From: Octopus bimaculoides
Lineage: Eukaryota
Direction: 5' to 3'
NCBI RefSeq assembly: GCF_001194135.2
Contig: NC_068982.1
Span: forward strand, 41,452,218 to 41,487,710
Length of the DNA: 35,493 nt
Shown: positions 23,049-34,784 of the stretch, in pieces
Layout: each line of letters opens with the position of its first letter
How positions within the stretch are numbered: position 1 is the stretch's first letter
Position numbers and translations under genes: made by a program
The notes under the pieces: model-generated
What the model was told of the DNA's origin: nothing
What the model saw: the letters and a program-made list of their open reading frames with translations, nothing else
Database searches by the model: none

Positions 23049-23939
23049 TATGTAATGTACCATTAAATATATGGATGATGATTGTCTAACTAAATATCAC
23101 ACATTTCATAAAATATTTTCTCTTCACTAAATATCTAAACCACCACCACCACCATCATCAATCACCATCATCATCTCTCTTTCTGTTAAACTTTGAAGTC
23201 TTAGTATTATATCATCTTCAGTTCCGATCAAATTTTCATCACACCTTTAAATTTTTGTATCCCCCTCCTAGAGGGGACAAGAGATGGGTGTAATTTGATG
23301 AATTTATTGTAGTTAATGTTCAGTTTGAACTGTTGAAGGTTAACTTTGATTGTCTCAAGTTAGTTCTGATTGAGCTGACCAGAAGTGTCCCAGAAATGAC
23401 CATAAAGTTCTGGTTAACAAGTTATGAAAGAAGGCACCTGACAAATTTTTGACCACAAAATGTTCCAGCAATAACGGTGTGGAAGTGTCAATTCAACCAA
23501 GGCTTTCAATCCTTTTGTCACTATATAGTAACTATACTAAAATATTATATGTTCTGTTGAAATACACTGCCTTTGTTTCAATAAATTTTGAAAATACCAA
23601 ACAATTTAGTCAAATAATTTTGTTGTCATTATTAACCTATTACCTACCAGTGATCTCATATGAGATCACTTAAAAATTACAAATTTCATAATTATCTGTC
23701 AATATTTACACATATCTTACCTTTTTGCTATATCTACTAGGTATATTTCTCTGATATTCAAATGAGGTTTGCTAATTTTTCACCCAATATCTCACTTATT
23801 TCTATTTCAAATGTTATTTTGAAATGTTATTTTGATCATTCCAGCATGTTTCTAAGGCTGTTTTATGCTAGAAATCAAAGTTTCATAAAAAAATTCCAGT
23901 TAATAGAATTATGGGAGGTAATGGGTTAAGACGGTGTTT

Positions 23940-24157
23940 AGGATGGCGAGCTGGCAGAGTTATTAGCACACTGGGTAAAATGCTTAGCAGCATTTTGCCT
24001 GTCTTTACATTCTGAGTTCAAATTCCACCAAGATAGAGTTTACTTTTTATCATTTTGGGGCCAATTAAATAAGTACCAGTTGAGTACTTTGGTTGATGCA
24101 ATTGACTTATACCTTTCCCTGAAATTGCTGGCCTTGTGCCAAAATTTGAAGCCATTA
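23940..24157 (+). mobile_element. SINE-B with a 14-bp TSD
   Basis: ttaagacggtgttt (23926-23939) / ttaagatggtgttt (24158-24171), one CpG-type mismatch. Confidence 0.85.
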
Positions 24158-24227
24158 TTAAGATGGTGTTTGGAACATATGTTAACATGAAATTTTGACT
24201 GGAGATTTTAGTTTGCATCATTTTTAA

Positions 24228-24423
24228 CCCTTTAGTATTTAAATCAGCCATTAGCCAGCCCAAATATTCTAACTTATTTTATGTTCAGACCAGCCAGACT
24301 TGGCCCCTCATATCTACCCTTCAGTGTCATTCTGAAAATAAATAATTACATCATTGAAATTTCAGAGCTACAAGGTAATAGACGAGGCATCACAATTGAC
24401 AAAACAATCTGATTACTAAAGGG
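24228..24423. mobile_element. piggyBac-type MITE, family P1 (196 bp)
   Basis: TTAA TSDs at 24224-24227 and 24424-24427; termini CCCTTTAGTA...TACTAAAGGG. Confidence 0.85.
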
Positions 24424-24552
24424 TTAAACAGGAAATTTGTATCACAAAAATAGGGGTTGTCTCAAGTGCATTGATATCAGAAGGGTTAAGTAATATTGCT
24501 GCTATATCTTGTACTATGTTACTATCTCCTCCTCCTCTGTTTTTCTATTGAA

Positions 24553-24870
24553 GAGTAAAGAGTAAAAGATCCCCTTTGGTCATGAATGACCATGGGATTG
24601 CACCTAGAAAGTTACCCTCTGAGGCACAAGTCCACACATGGAAGACCAGCCCATGTGTACTAGCCACCCCTCTCCACACCACTAAAGGAAAGGCAAAGGC
24701 TGATGTAGCTTGGCACCAGTAACGTTGCAACTCATTTCTATAGCTATATGAACTGGAGTAACATGAAGTAAATTGTCTTGCTCAAGAACAAAACACACAG
24801 TCCAGTCCTGGAATCAAATTCATTACCTCATGATTTTGAACCCAATGCTCTAACCACTGAGCCACATGTC
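24553..24870 (-). mobile_element. SINE family E with a CORE-like central segment
   Basis: gaactggag.aac.tgaa.taaa.tgtcttgctcaagaaca...ctaaccactgagcc; related fragments at about 12760-12945 and 27790-27945. Confidence 0.65.
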
Positions 24871-25613
24871 ATCACTTTTTTCCATTAAGTAATATGTAAT
24901 TTTTGGGTATAAAATGAAATGGTAGTAAGAAATTGTCATTCGAGAATATATGAGCCAGTGGCCTTACACCTTAGCCTCTCTGTTTCTACCATGAAAGGTA
25001 TTTGATATTAGCACATGGCTGACCTAGATGAAATTCTAGTCTGACATATATGATTACAATACTCTTATCTACTTTCTAAATTCTCATCATACAGTGTTAC
25101 AAGTCATCTAACTAGTGAATTGGCAAGTCAGATTGAATGTCTTGCAGTGTTTATTCCAATTGTCTTTTCTTTGAGTTCAAATCCTGCTGAAGTCAAATTT
25201 GTTTTTCATTTAAAATTATAATAATACTCAACTTATTGTATGAAGTGCTCAGGTGCACTACAACTCACCAGAAAAAGTAGCCAAGAGTGCATGAACAGTA
25301 CATAGAATAATGCATAGAAAGTGAACAGTGGACGAGTTGTTTAAATAAAGTTCTGGGGTGAGGGACATCAGATGTATTGTTGGCGAATTACGGGAAGCAT
25401 GGAGGTTTTGAAAGATGTAGTGTCCCAAGAGCCAACAACTGATGTGGGTAGTTTTTTTTCCATGCTTCAGCAATTCTTGATTCTTAGTGTGAAAAAAACG
25501 TTTTTGAAAGCCATGGGAGCTGTGTTGTGTTTTGATTTCTCTGATGGGGATGGGTGTGTGTGTGATAAGAATGAGAGTAATAATCCAGGCTGGTGCTTTA
25601 ACAGAACTGTTAA

Positions 25614-26241
25614 CCCATTTGATATCAACCTGCCTGAGACTGCCCCTGGTTCTATAATATAAACTTCCTGTCTTAAAGTGATTTAAATTAAAATCTCCCA
25701 TCAAAACTTAATTTATGTTCCAAACATCAGCTGTGAATGATCTTTTTTTAATTCTTTTATCCTTTTACTTGTTTCAGTAGCTTGACTGCAGCCATGCTGG
25801 AGCACTGCATTGAAAGTTTTTAGTCGTACAAATTGACCCCAGGATTTATTTTTAAGCCTATTACTTATTCTGTTGGTCTCTTTTGCTGAACCACTAGGTT
25901 ACGGGGACGTAAACACACCAACACCGATTGTTAAGCAGTGATGGGGGGGACAAACAGAGACACAGAGATACATATATATTACATATATATATGATGGGCT
26001 TCTTTCAGTTTCCGTCTACCAAATCCACTCATAAGGTTTTGGTTGGCCTGAGGTGATAGTAGAAGATGCTTGCCCAAGGTGCCATGCAATGGGACTGAAC
26101 CTGGAACCATGTGGTTGGGAAGCAAGCTTCTTACCACACAGCCATGCCTGTGCCTATGATAAAATTATTTTATTCTTCATTATTTCAAAATTAATTAAAA
26201 CAAAAGCAGTGTGTTTCTACAGAAATATGGTAATGAAAGGG
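25614..26241. mobile_element. P2 MITE (inverted relative to 17134) carrying a nested SINE
   Basis: TTAA at 25610-25613 and 26242-26245; ends CCCATTTGATATC...GGTAATGAAAGGG; family-A SINE at about 25745-26150 inside. Confidence 0.8.
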
Positions 26242-27224
26242 TTAAGTATCTGAGAGTGGATGCCTTGCAGGATTTATTCTTACTTTTAGCATTTCGTGTT
26301 TGGATCCTACTATGGCCTACCTGGGTGATTGACTTAATTCATCCCCTTGTTTAATATTGTTAAAAATACCTAAGGTACCAGGCAACAGAGTCTATTTCCT
26401 TTGCAAGCATTGAGGTCAGGTCTCCTTTTTGAAGCTACCTTACTCCCTCCCTCTTACTAGTCTCAGGGGGATGAGGGACAGTAAAGAAACATAGGCATTA
26501 CCTTCCCTCTTGACTAAAAGTAAAAAAACAAATTGATTAAATTCTCCTAATATTGTGCACCATATGTAGTGAAGAGAAAGCTGGATCGTTGAATATATTT
26601 GAATCTCACAGTTTATCTTAACCATGATAAGGCTATTTTCATGTTATTGATATACTAGGACGCACTTAACTGATAAGTTGAACAACTTCAGTTGCTGTTT
26701 GTTTATTGATAGTCTTTTTGGATTAAGTATGGCTCTTCTGCAATAATACTGGTACTTCTGAAGCTCTGGATAGTAACTTCTTACTGAGAATTTGAGAAAG
26801 TGTTAGCATGTTATACTTTATATATATGTTACCAACACTTATATATGATTAGCACAACAAAGAAACAATTTTTATAAGAAATTTTTATTAAATAGGCACA
26901 GACATGGGTGTGTCGTTAAGAAGCTCATTTTGCAACCACTTGGTTTTAGGTTCAGTCTCATTGTGTGCTACCTTGGGCAAGTATCTTCTATTATAACCCC
27001 AGGCCAACCAATGCCTTGAGAGCGAGACCATACGTGTACTGATAAATAAAAGATGCAGATTACTACGTTGATTATGAAACCATGGTTTACCGTTAAGTTA
27101 AAAGTTTTTAGGAGGTTAGCTTTGAGAATTGCATTCCCTCGCAATCAGTAAAAATGTGTTTATTATAGTAGTTTGACTTCTGGAGCCCCTCTTAGCGTGA
27201 GGCATTATATAAATTATATATATA

Positions 27225-27612
27225 TGTCATCATCCATTAATGTCTGTTTTCCATGCTGGCATGGGTTGGATAGTTTGACCAGAGCCGGCAGGAGGGCTGC
27301 ACCAGATTCCAGTCTGATTTAGCTTAGTTTCTACAGCTAGATGCCCTTCCTAATGCCAACCACTTTATGGTGTGTACTGGGCACTTTTAATGTGGCACTG
27401 GTACAAGCGCTTTTATGTGGCACCGGCATGAGTGCTTTTTATGTGACACCAGCACAGGTCTCTTGCAGGCCAATCCTCGTCATCAGGGAGGTCGGGTCAT
27501 CTTGAGTAGACCAAGGCGCCACATATCTCAGTCCTGAGGTTGTCCTTTAGTACTTCATCCCATATCTTCCTGGGTCTCCCTCTTCCATCTGTTCCATCCA
27601 CTTTTGTGTGAT
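27225..27612 (-). mobile_element. RTE LINE 3' fragment (diverged subfamily)
   Basis: Minus translation KVDGTDGRGRPRKIWDEVLKDNLRT; same 3' end motif (ccatgctggcatgggttgga). Confidence 0.8.
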
Positions 27613-28258
27613 TGGCAAAAACACGTGCATACACACACAAACACAAACACACTCACTCCTAGCATAGATGACCGATGAAGAGTCTGCAATTTCTTGCTGA
27701 CCAACCTGCACAGGTGATTTGTTTATAATGATCAAATATTTGTGCTGTACATTAGCTCATTCCCTTCATCAAATTGATATTGTCTATACAGGGGCACGGT
27801 GTGTCACATGTCAAATGCTGGAGTGATCACAGAGTAATGTGAGATGAAGTGTTTTGCTCAAGAACATGACAATCAACTCAATCTGGGTGTTGACCCTACA
27901 GTCTTACAATTACGAGTGCAACACTTTAACCACTGGAGCAAGTCTCCTCATACGCACACGTGTGTTTGCATGTGTCTTTGTACAGTGATTGTCTCTCCAC
28001 TACTTTATAAGAGGTGTTGGTTTTTTTTACATACCAGTAACTTAGCAGCAGTTCGTCAAGAGAGACCGATAGAAATAAGTACCAGACTTTACAAAAATAA
28101 GTGCTGGGGTTGATTTGTTTCACTAAAACCCTTCAAGGTGGTGCCCCAGCAAGGCCATAGTTCAATGACTGAAACAAATAAAAGACAAAATAAAGTGATT
28201 ACTGTATGATATTATTGCCATTATATCAGCTTTCATTGACTCTTGGGTATCTTCAGAG

Positions 28259-28590
28259 CAGGGGTTCTCAACTACTTTTTGCCTATGGATCCCTTTTTAT
28301 TACTATTTTATTCTGGTGGACCCCCAGAGCTATTCAATATTTAAAAACTAGTTTTATAGAAACTTCTTTCAAAATTCCTATTTTGTTTTTTGCACATGAA
28401 TTTGTGTAGATTGAACTATGTAAAATGTTAGAGAAAAAAAACTAGCTGTTTGATGCAATACATACCAATACGTACATCTAAGTCAAAATTTTTTTCAGGG
28501 GTCCTTAAAATACTATTGGGGATCCCAAATTTACTATTTTGTTGTTAGATCTCCACAAAATCTTATATGGAGCCCAGTCGAGAACCGCTG
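28259..28590. mobile_element. hAT (Charlie-like) MITE
   Basis: Termini caggggttctcaac...gtcgagaaccgctg; flanking 8-mers cttcagag / ctttaaag (6/8 match, degraded 8-bp TSD). Confidence 0.75.
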
Positions 28591-28664
28591 CTTTAAAGGA
28601 ATCCATTCTATAGGCGTAGGAGTGGCTGTGTGGTAAGTAGCTTGCTTACCAACCACATGGTTCC

Positions 28665-28908
28665 NNNNNNNNNNNNNNNNNNNNNNNNNNNNNNNNNNNN
28701 NNNNNNNNNNNNNNNNNNNNNNNNNNNNNNNNNNNNNNNNNNNNNNNNNNNNNNNNNNNNNNNNNNNNNNNNNNNNNNNNNNNNNNNNNNNNNNNNNNNN
28801 NNNNNNNNNNNNNNNNNNNNNNNNNNNNNNNNNNNNNNNNNNNNNNNNNNNNNNNNNNNNNNNNNNNNNNNNNNNNNNNNNNNNNNNNNNNNNNNNNNNN
28901 NNNNNNNA
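28665..28908. other. Assembly gap inside a SINE-A copy
   Basis: N run flanked by the SINE-A head (ccacatggttcc) and its 3' part (aatagaataagtaccagg). 10-N gaps also at 4474-4482, 6472-6481, 34893-34902. Confidence 0.97.
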
Positions 28909-29203
28909 ATAGAATAAGTACCAGGCTTACAAAGAATAAGTCCTGGGGTCGAATTGCTCGACTAAAGGTGGTGCTCCAGCATGACCACAGTCAAATAACT
29001 GAAGCAAGTTAAAGAGTAAAAGAGTATACTATGCTTTCCGATTAGTATTCCATTCTGAGGAGAACACAATATCTTGATGTACTGCTCCCTACTGCAGCTT
29101 CCTTATCAGCCATGACTTCTTCCCCCCCCCCCTTACCTCTAGTCAGTCTCAAAAACCTTGCAAAAAGGTCACAAGCATTGCTTTCCTTTCTCTGACTGAA
29201 CTG

Positions 29204-29236
<33 letters not shown>
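29204..29236. repeat. (CAT)n microsatellite, probably a relic RTE tail
   Basis: catcatcat...catttaatgtcc matches the start of the minus-strand RTE tails. Confidence 0.85.
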
Positions 29237-29237
<1 letters not shown>

Positions 29238-29959
29238 TTAATGTCCTGCTTGTTTTGCTTTGTACCCATCATACCACCAATATCAGAAAGATCTTTTAAT
29301 TAATTTTGGGGACTTAGTAATCACCTGATTCTTGTTATATATCTGATTATCTTAGGTTTCTTTGTCACCACTTGAGAGGAACAACTTAATGAAATAAAAA
29401 GAAAAAAAGAAAATAAAATGTACATGATACACCAATTAGAATTGAGGGCAAATTGACTTTTTGTTCTGCTTAGTCAGCAAAAGGGCAGTCAGTATCCTTA
29501 ATTCTTTATAAAACTTCCTGTTACTATAACATGTCAGTAGAAGAGGAAGAGGTGAAAAGTAGGAAGAAGAAAAGAAAAGAAAAGAAAAGAGATGATGTGT
29601 ACAGGACAATGGGAGGAAATAGTGAATTAGAAATATGAATTAGAGGAGAAATGGAGAATTGGAGATAACATTGGTCGAGTGATTAGAAGATAAGTAAGTA
29701 ATGTATAGAAGATGTTGGGTGAGATTGAGAAAGTAGAATTTAATGAGATATCTTTTATCATTTCCTTGAACTGCAGCCAAACTGGGGCTTCCCTTTGAAG
29801 GGTGTAGTCAAACAAATCAACCCCAATTTCTTTCTTTTTTTTTTAAACCTGTGAGGTTTTTTTGTCAAACAGGGACTTAAACAAAACCAACACTGGTTGT
29901 GAAGTGGTGGATGGGGACAAACATAACACAAACATAAAGACACACACAGATATATGAAT

Positions 29960-30300
29960 AATCATCATCATCGTTTAACATCCGCTTTCCATGCTAGCAT
30001 GGGTTGGACGATTTGACTGAGGACTGGTGGACCAGGAGGTGACACCAGGCTCCAATCTGATCTGGCAGAGTTTCTACAGCTGGATGCCCTTCCTAATGCC
30101 AACCACTCCGAGAGTGTAGTGGGTGCTTTTATGTGCCACCGGCACAAGGGCCAGTCACAAAGTACTGGCAACGGCCACGCTCAAAATGGTGTTTTTTATG
30201 TGCCACCTGCACGGGAGCCAGTCCAGCGGCACTGGCAACGACCTCGCTTGAATGATTTTCTAACGTGCCACCAGCACAAGTGCTAGAAGGCAACACTGGT
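29960..30300 (-). mobile_element. RTE LINE 3' end
   Basis: catcatcatcgtttaacatccgctttccatgctagcatgggttgg..., same family as 2083-2450. Confidence 0.85.
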
Positions 30301-31274
30301 ATATATATATATATGATAAGCTTCTTTCAGTTTCCCTTTACCAAATCCACTCACAAGGTTTTGGTTGGTGTGAAGCTAAAATAGAAGACAGTTGCCCAAA
30401 GTACCATGTAAGGGGGCTGAACCCAGAATCATGTGGTTGGGAAGCAAACATCTTACCACACAGCCATGCCTGCACCCATGTGATGTGGTACGAAACCATA
30501 TTTTATAGTTCTGTGAGACTTGTATTTGTTTCATATTCATTTTATAGGTGCAGTCATATCTGTGTGGTAAGAGATTGCTTCCTAACCATGTGGACTTGGG
30601 TTCAGTCCCACCACGTAGCACTTTGAGCATGTATCTTCTGCTATAGCCCTGGGTTGACCAAAGCCTTGTGAGTAGATTTAGAAGAAAGAAACTGAAAGAA
30701 GCCCATTGTGTGTGTGTGTGTATATCTGTGTGTATGTATGTATATATATATATATATATATAAGTTTGAAAACAGGTGAGGGTTGGGAACAGGAAGGGCA
30801 TCAGGCTGTAGGAAATCCATCCATTTCAACAAGTTCCATCTAACCCATGCAAGCATTGAAAAAATGATGTTAGAATGATGATGATGATGATGATTTAATT
30901 TTTTGTTTCCTGTATGTTGGTGAAGGAGACTTCTGATTGCTTAAGATTGTATAACTTTTAAAGGCTTGTAACTTTCTTTTTTATTAATAATTTCTAGAGA
31001 AAACAAATATGATTTTCCTCGTCAGCATACACAATTACATCAGTATTGAACATTTAAAAAAAAAGATCTAGTAAAAAGATTTTGGTGATTGGGAAAAGTT
31101 CAAAATGATCCACAAATTTTTCTTATGCCTTAAATGATATTACCATGCTTTGTAAGAGTTTTTTTCTTTTTATTAGTAACTAGTTTATCTAAACTGAAAA
31201 ATTATTTACACAGTAAGCAAATAAGCTGTGTAAGCTAGCTGATTATCAGTTGTTGTTTGCCTGTCTTATCAGTT

Positions 31275-31314
31275 TCATGATTCATCTGTTGATATGGAGT
31301 TAATTGTAACTAAC
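31275..31314 (-). CDS. Putative terminal coding exon of an unidentified opposite-strand gene
   Basis: Minus-strand acceptor gcattttgtttgcag|G TTA GTT ACA ATT AAC TCC ATA TCA ACA GAT GAA TCA TGA (LVTINSISTDES*); minus-strand AATAAA at 31169-31174. Support is splice signals only; no homology recognised. Confidence 0.25.
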
Positions 31315-31581
31315 CTGCAAACAAAATGCAATTTTGATTTTAACTTGTTATTGTAAACGTTTTTACTAACAATAGCAATTATTCCACTGCATTACATTAT
31401 TTGTATATATAGGCATAGGGATGGCTGTGTGTTAAGAAGTTTGCTTCCCAACTACATGGTTCTGGGTTCAGTTCCACTGCATGGCACCTTGGGTAAGTGT
31501 CTTCTACTATAAGCCTCCAGCTGACCAAAGCCTTGAGAAGAGATTTGGTAGACAGAAAGTGAAAGAAGCCCAACATGTAGT

Positions 31582-31620
<39 letters not shown>

Positions 31621-31623
<3 letters not shown>

Positions 31624-32405
31624 TAAATAAATGGAGTTGAATGCAGATGTTATTCAAATTCTTTTACTTTCAACATATGTTTCGAAGACAACATTGGTTT
31701 TATTCCAAAGGAATAAACGGTGTAAAATAATGTAATCTTCTCATAAGGAAAGAAAGAGAACCAATCTCAATAAGACATAACAATTTTGATGATTGCATAA
31801 ATGACCGTTAGTAGATCTGATGTCAAAGGTAGACCATAGAAAGAGAAGGGGTAAAGAAATAATAAGTAGAGAACAAATAAAGAAGAGATATAGAGGGATA
31901 TGTTGGTTGAATAAATGTTCAAAGGAAGTAGATTTCTCTATTGAAGTAGAGTGCAAGGTGAACTAATGTTCAAATGATACAAACTGGTATAAATCACTTA
32001 TAGGTGCAAAAGGTGTGTTTCTTAAAGACAATAATAAGGATTTTAATTTAGATTGGTTCATCCTGTCCATCTCTTTCCCTTATGACAAGGGCAAAGGATT
32101 CTGTAACATTTGCAATTCTGAACTCTTCCATATTCTCTTCTCTAAGAATCACCTTGTTAAAACGCTTATAGATCGATCTTACAAATGTAAGCATTGGCAG
32201 AAACCCACCTTTAGCACCTATAAGTGATTTATACCAGTCTGTATAGTTTGAACATTAGTTTACCTTGCACTCTACTTCAGTAGAGAAATCTACTTCCAAG
32301 CCTTTGAACATTTTTTCAACCAACACATCCCTCTATATTTCTCTTTTATATGCTGAAAGTAAAAGAATTTGAATAACATCTGCATTCAACTCCATTTATT
32401 TGCTT
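31621..32405. mobile_element. Foldback or long-TIR element, family not recognised
   Basis: 31621-31678 pairs with about 32348-32405 (2 mismatches in 58 bp); about 31880-32012 pairs with 32199-32345 (about 90%); 186-bp spacer; TA at both outer ends. Confidence 0.75.
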
Positions 32406-32554
32406 ATACTATACAAATTACTGCACATTAACCCTGAGTTTCTACCTTTGAATAGGTCGCTACATCCTTGTTACTTGCGTGAATTTTGCTACCCTGGTAA
32501 CTGTTTATTGAATTTTCTGTGTTAACTGTAAACAAAGGATAATTCATCCATTTA

Positions 32555-32587
32555 TATATATACATATATATATATATATGTATACAT

Positions 32588-32644
<57 letters not shown>
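32555..32644. repeat. (TA)n/(CA)n microsatellite running into an N gap
   Basis: Direct reading; gap 32645-32972. Confidence 0.97.
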
Positions 32645-33548
32645 NNNNNNNNNNNNNNNNNNNNNNNNNNNNNNNNNNNNNNNNNNNNNNNNNNNNNNNN
32701 NNNNNNNNNNNNNNNNNNNNNNNNNNNNNNNNNNNNNNNNNNNNNNNNNNNNNNNNNNNNNNNNNNNNNNNNNNNNNNNNNNNNNNNNNNNNNNNNNNNN
32801 NNNNNNNNNNNNNNNNNNNNNNNNNNNNNNNNNNNNNNNNNNNNNNNNNNNNNNNNNNNNNNNNNNNNNNNNNNNNNNNNNNNNNNNNNNNNNNNNNNNN
32901 NNNNNNNNNNNNNNNNNNNNNNNNNNNNNNNNNNNNNNNNNNNNNNNNNNNNNNNNNNNNNNNNNNNNNNNNAATAATGGAAGTTATTTTTTGTTTAATA
33001 GTGAAGGGCAAGGGTACAATTTGCATGGGTTTGCCTGAAAGTGCTTTCTGTTCTTAAGAAGGATCAGAAACTGTGTATTGTTTCATTGTATAAAAGGGGT
33101 TAATACGATTTCATCCAGAAATCATGTTTTCAATATTTCAATTTCCCTCTTTCCCCACCTCAATGTCTTAATTTGTAACTTTTTCAATTTTTTTTTTTTT
33201 TGTTATCTACATAGAAAAATACAGAGATTACGAATATGGGATATATATATATGTATCATCATCATCATCATCATCGTTTAACGTCTGCTTTCCATGCTAG
33301 CATGGGTTGGACAATTTGACTGAGGATATATATATATATTATTACAAATTTGGGATTTTACGAATAGGACCACAACTTCAATTTCAGGACAACTTTATTT
33401 TCTGGAGTACACATAGAAAGTTATTTCCAAAATACTAATCTAATAATATAATCATTTTAAAGCCTACTATAACGTACAATAAAATAAAGTACAATAGAAT
33501 TAATTAAAAATTATTTAAACATATTTTAAAAATATATATATACCTTAC

Positions 33549-33559
33549 CTGTTATTAGT
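33549..33559 (-). CDS. Putative 11-nt microexon of the same opposite-strand gene
   Basis: Minus strand tcatcttctttctccacag|ACTAATAACAG|gtaagg; strong acceptor and donor; if read in phase 0 (TNN + AG) it joins the 31314 exon in frame. Confidence 0.3.
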
Positions 33560-34784
33560 CTGTGGAGAAAGAAGATGATATTAATCAACGCTACATGTGT
33601 TTCTGTCCTGGTGGTTTATTTTGCCAGGCTGTACCTAATACATAAATCCACCAGTGCGTCCTCAGGCTATTTTTCTTTTTATTATTATTATTACCGGATC
33701 CAACTTAATCATACTAATTATTATGTCAAACGTAAGTTAATAATATTTGAAAAGTAAAAAAAACCTCTATATATGTTATAAATTTATAGAATAAAACTAG
33801 TAAATGAAACGACATGCTAGAAACAACAGGTATAGGTGCAAAACATACTTTCTGTAGCATAGTTATGCTATAAAAAATGGAAAGTCACCAATTTAGCAAA
33901 AGTTAGAATGCTTCACCAATGTAAGAAAGTACATAAAGTCAACATTTATTTGGAACATGAACTAAATGTTATAAAATTCACGATTGAATGAATGTCACAG
34001 CGAAGAAAGTGAAAGTCCAAGAAAATTCAGAAGGCATAATTCAGTTTCTCATACAAAAATAATTTATTTTACATTATCTTGAAACTAGTTAGAAGGAGTG
34101 GAATAACATGTCTGTAATTATATTGAAAGAGCTGCTGAGGCTTTCTACTTCGCCAAGTTTCTGAATTTGTTATAATAACCAGAATATCTTTTTTCAGATA
34201 CATTAGTGAGTATTGTGAGTGGTGTTAAATCAGCCAGATCTTCATGTTGGTAGTACTTCAAAGTGAACACAAGTAAACTTTCGATATTGGCGCGTTTCAG
34301 TGTTGGCGGGTGGGGAAGTTACATACATAAAGTAAGACACACACACACATACGTACATACGTACATTAACGCATACATGAAGCCTATCTCTGTCCCTCTG
34401 TGTGTCTGTCTCTGTCTTTAGATGTGTGTGTGTGTGTGTTAGTCGTCACAAAAATGTATGTATACTGACAGACAGACACACCGTCACACACATACTTGTC
34501 AGTTATCGGGCCTAGAAAATGTGACATCATCATTGTTGCTGTGGTGGTGGTGGCAGTAAAAGATGTTGTTTACAATAGGTGACTAAAGGTAAAATGATGC
34601 TCTTAAATTTTTGTAATGCAAATAAGTAAATGAAAATATAGTTTAGTTGGTAGCCAAAAGCTTACTGAGTCTTTTGATACTCCATACGTCAAAAACGGCA
34701 ACTCAGTTTTGGAATGCATAAGGAGCATACGCACTCTCACACATATACAAACTTTCTTTTATATATATAAGATATATATATATA

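Larger units (their letters stand above)
23510..24486. mobile_element. Old P2 MITE fragmented by later insertions
   Basis: Left end tccttttgtcactata near 23510; internal parts at 23530-23635 and 24165-24223; right end gatatcagaaggg TTAA near 24486. Confidence 0.6.

Noticed and set aside
25258-25704. Overlapping 148-aa (-) and 96-aa (+) ORFs
   Set aside because: No recognisable homology, both use non-ATG or weak starts or run into the P2 MITE end, and there is no splice support.
26290-26324. Possible next APC4 exon (T)ISCLDPTMAYL resembling human IYSCLDAQFY
   Set aside because: Correct phase and a fair acceptor, but only a 4-residue match, the conserved FYD motif is absent, the donor is weak and a stop follows at once; likely chance.
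28630-28917. ORFs spanning N runs (also 32544-33057)
   Set aside because: Artefacts of translating assembly gaps and TA repeats.
31177-31212. Plus-strand 36-nt exon-like segment (ttttattag|...CACA|gtaagc; TSLSKLKNYLH)
   Set aside because: Good splice signals but phase 1-1 does not follow the phase-2 end at 18583, and there is no similarity to APC4.
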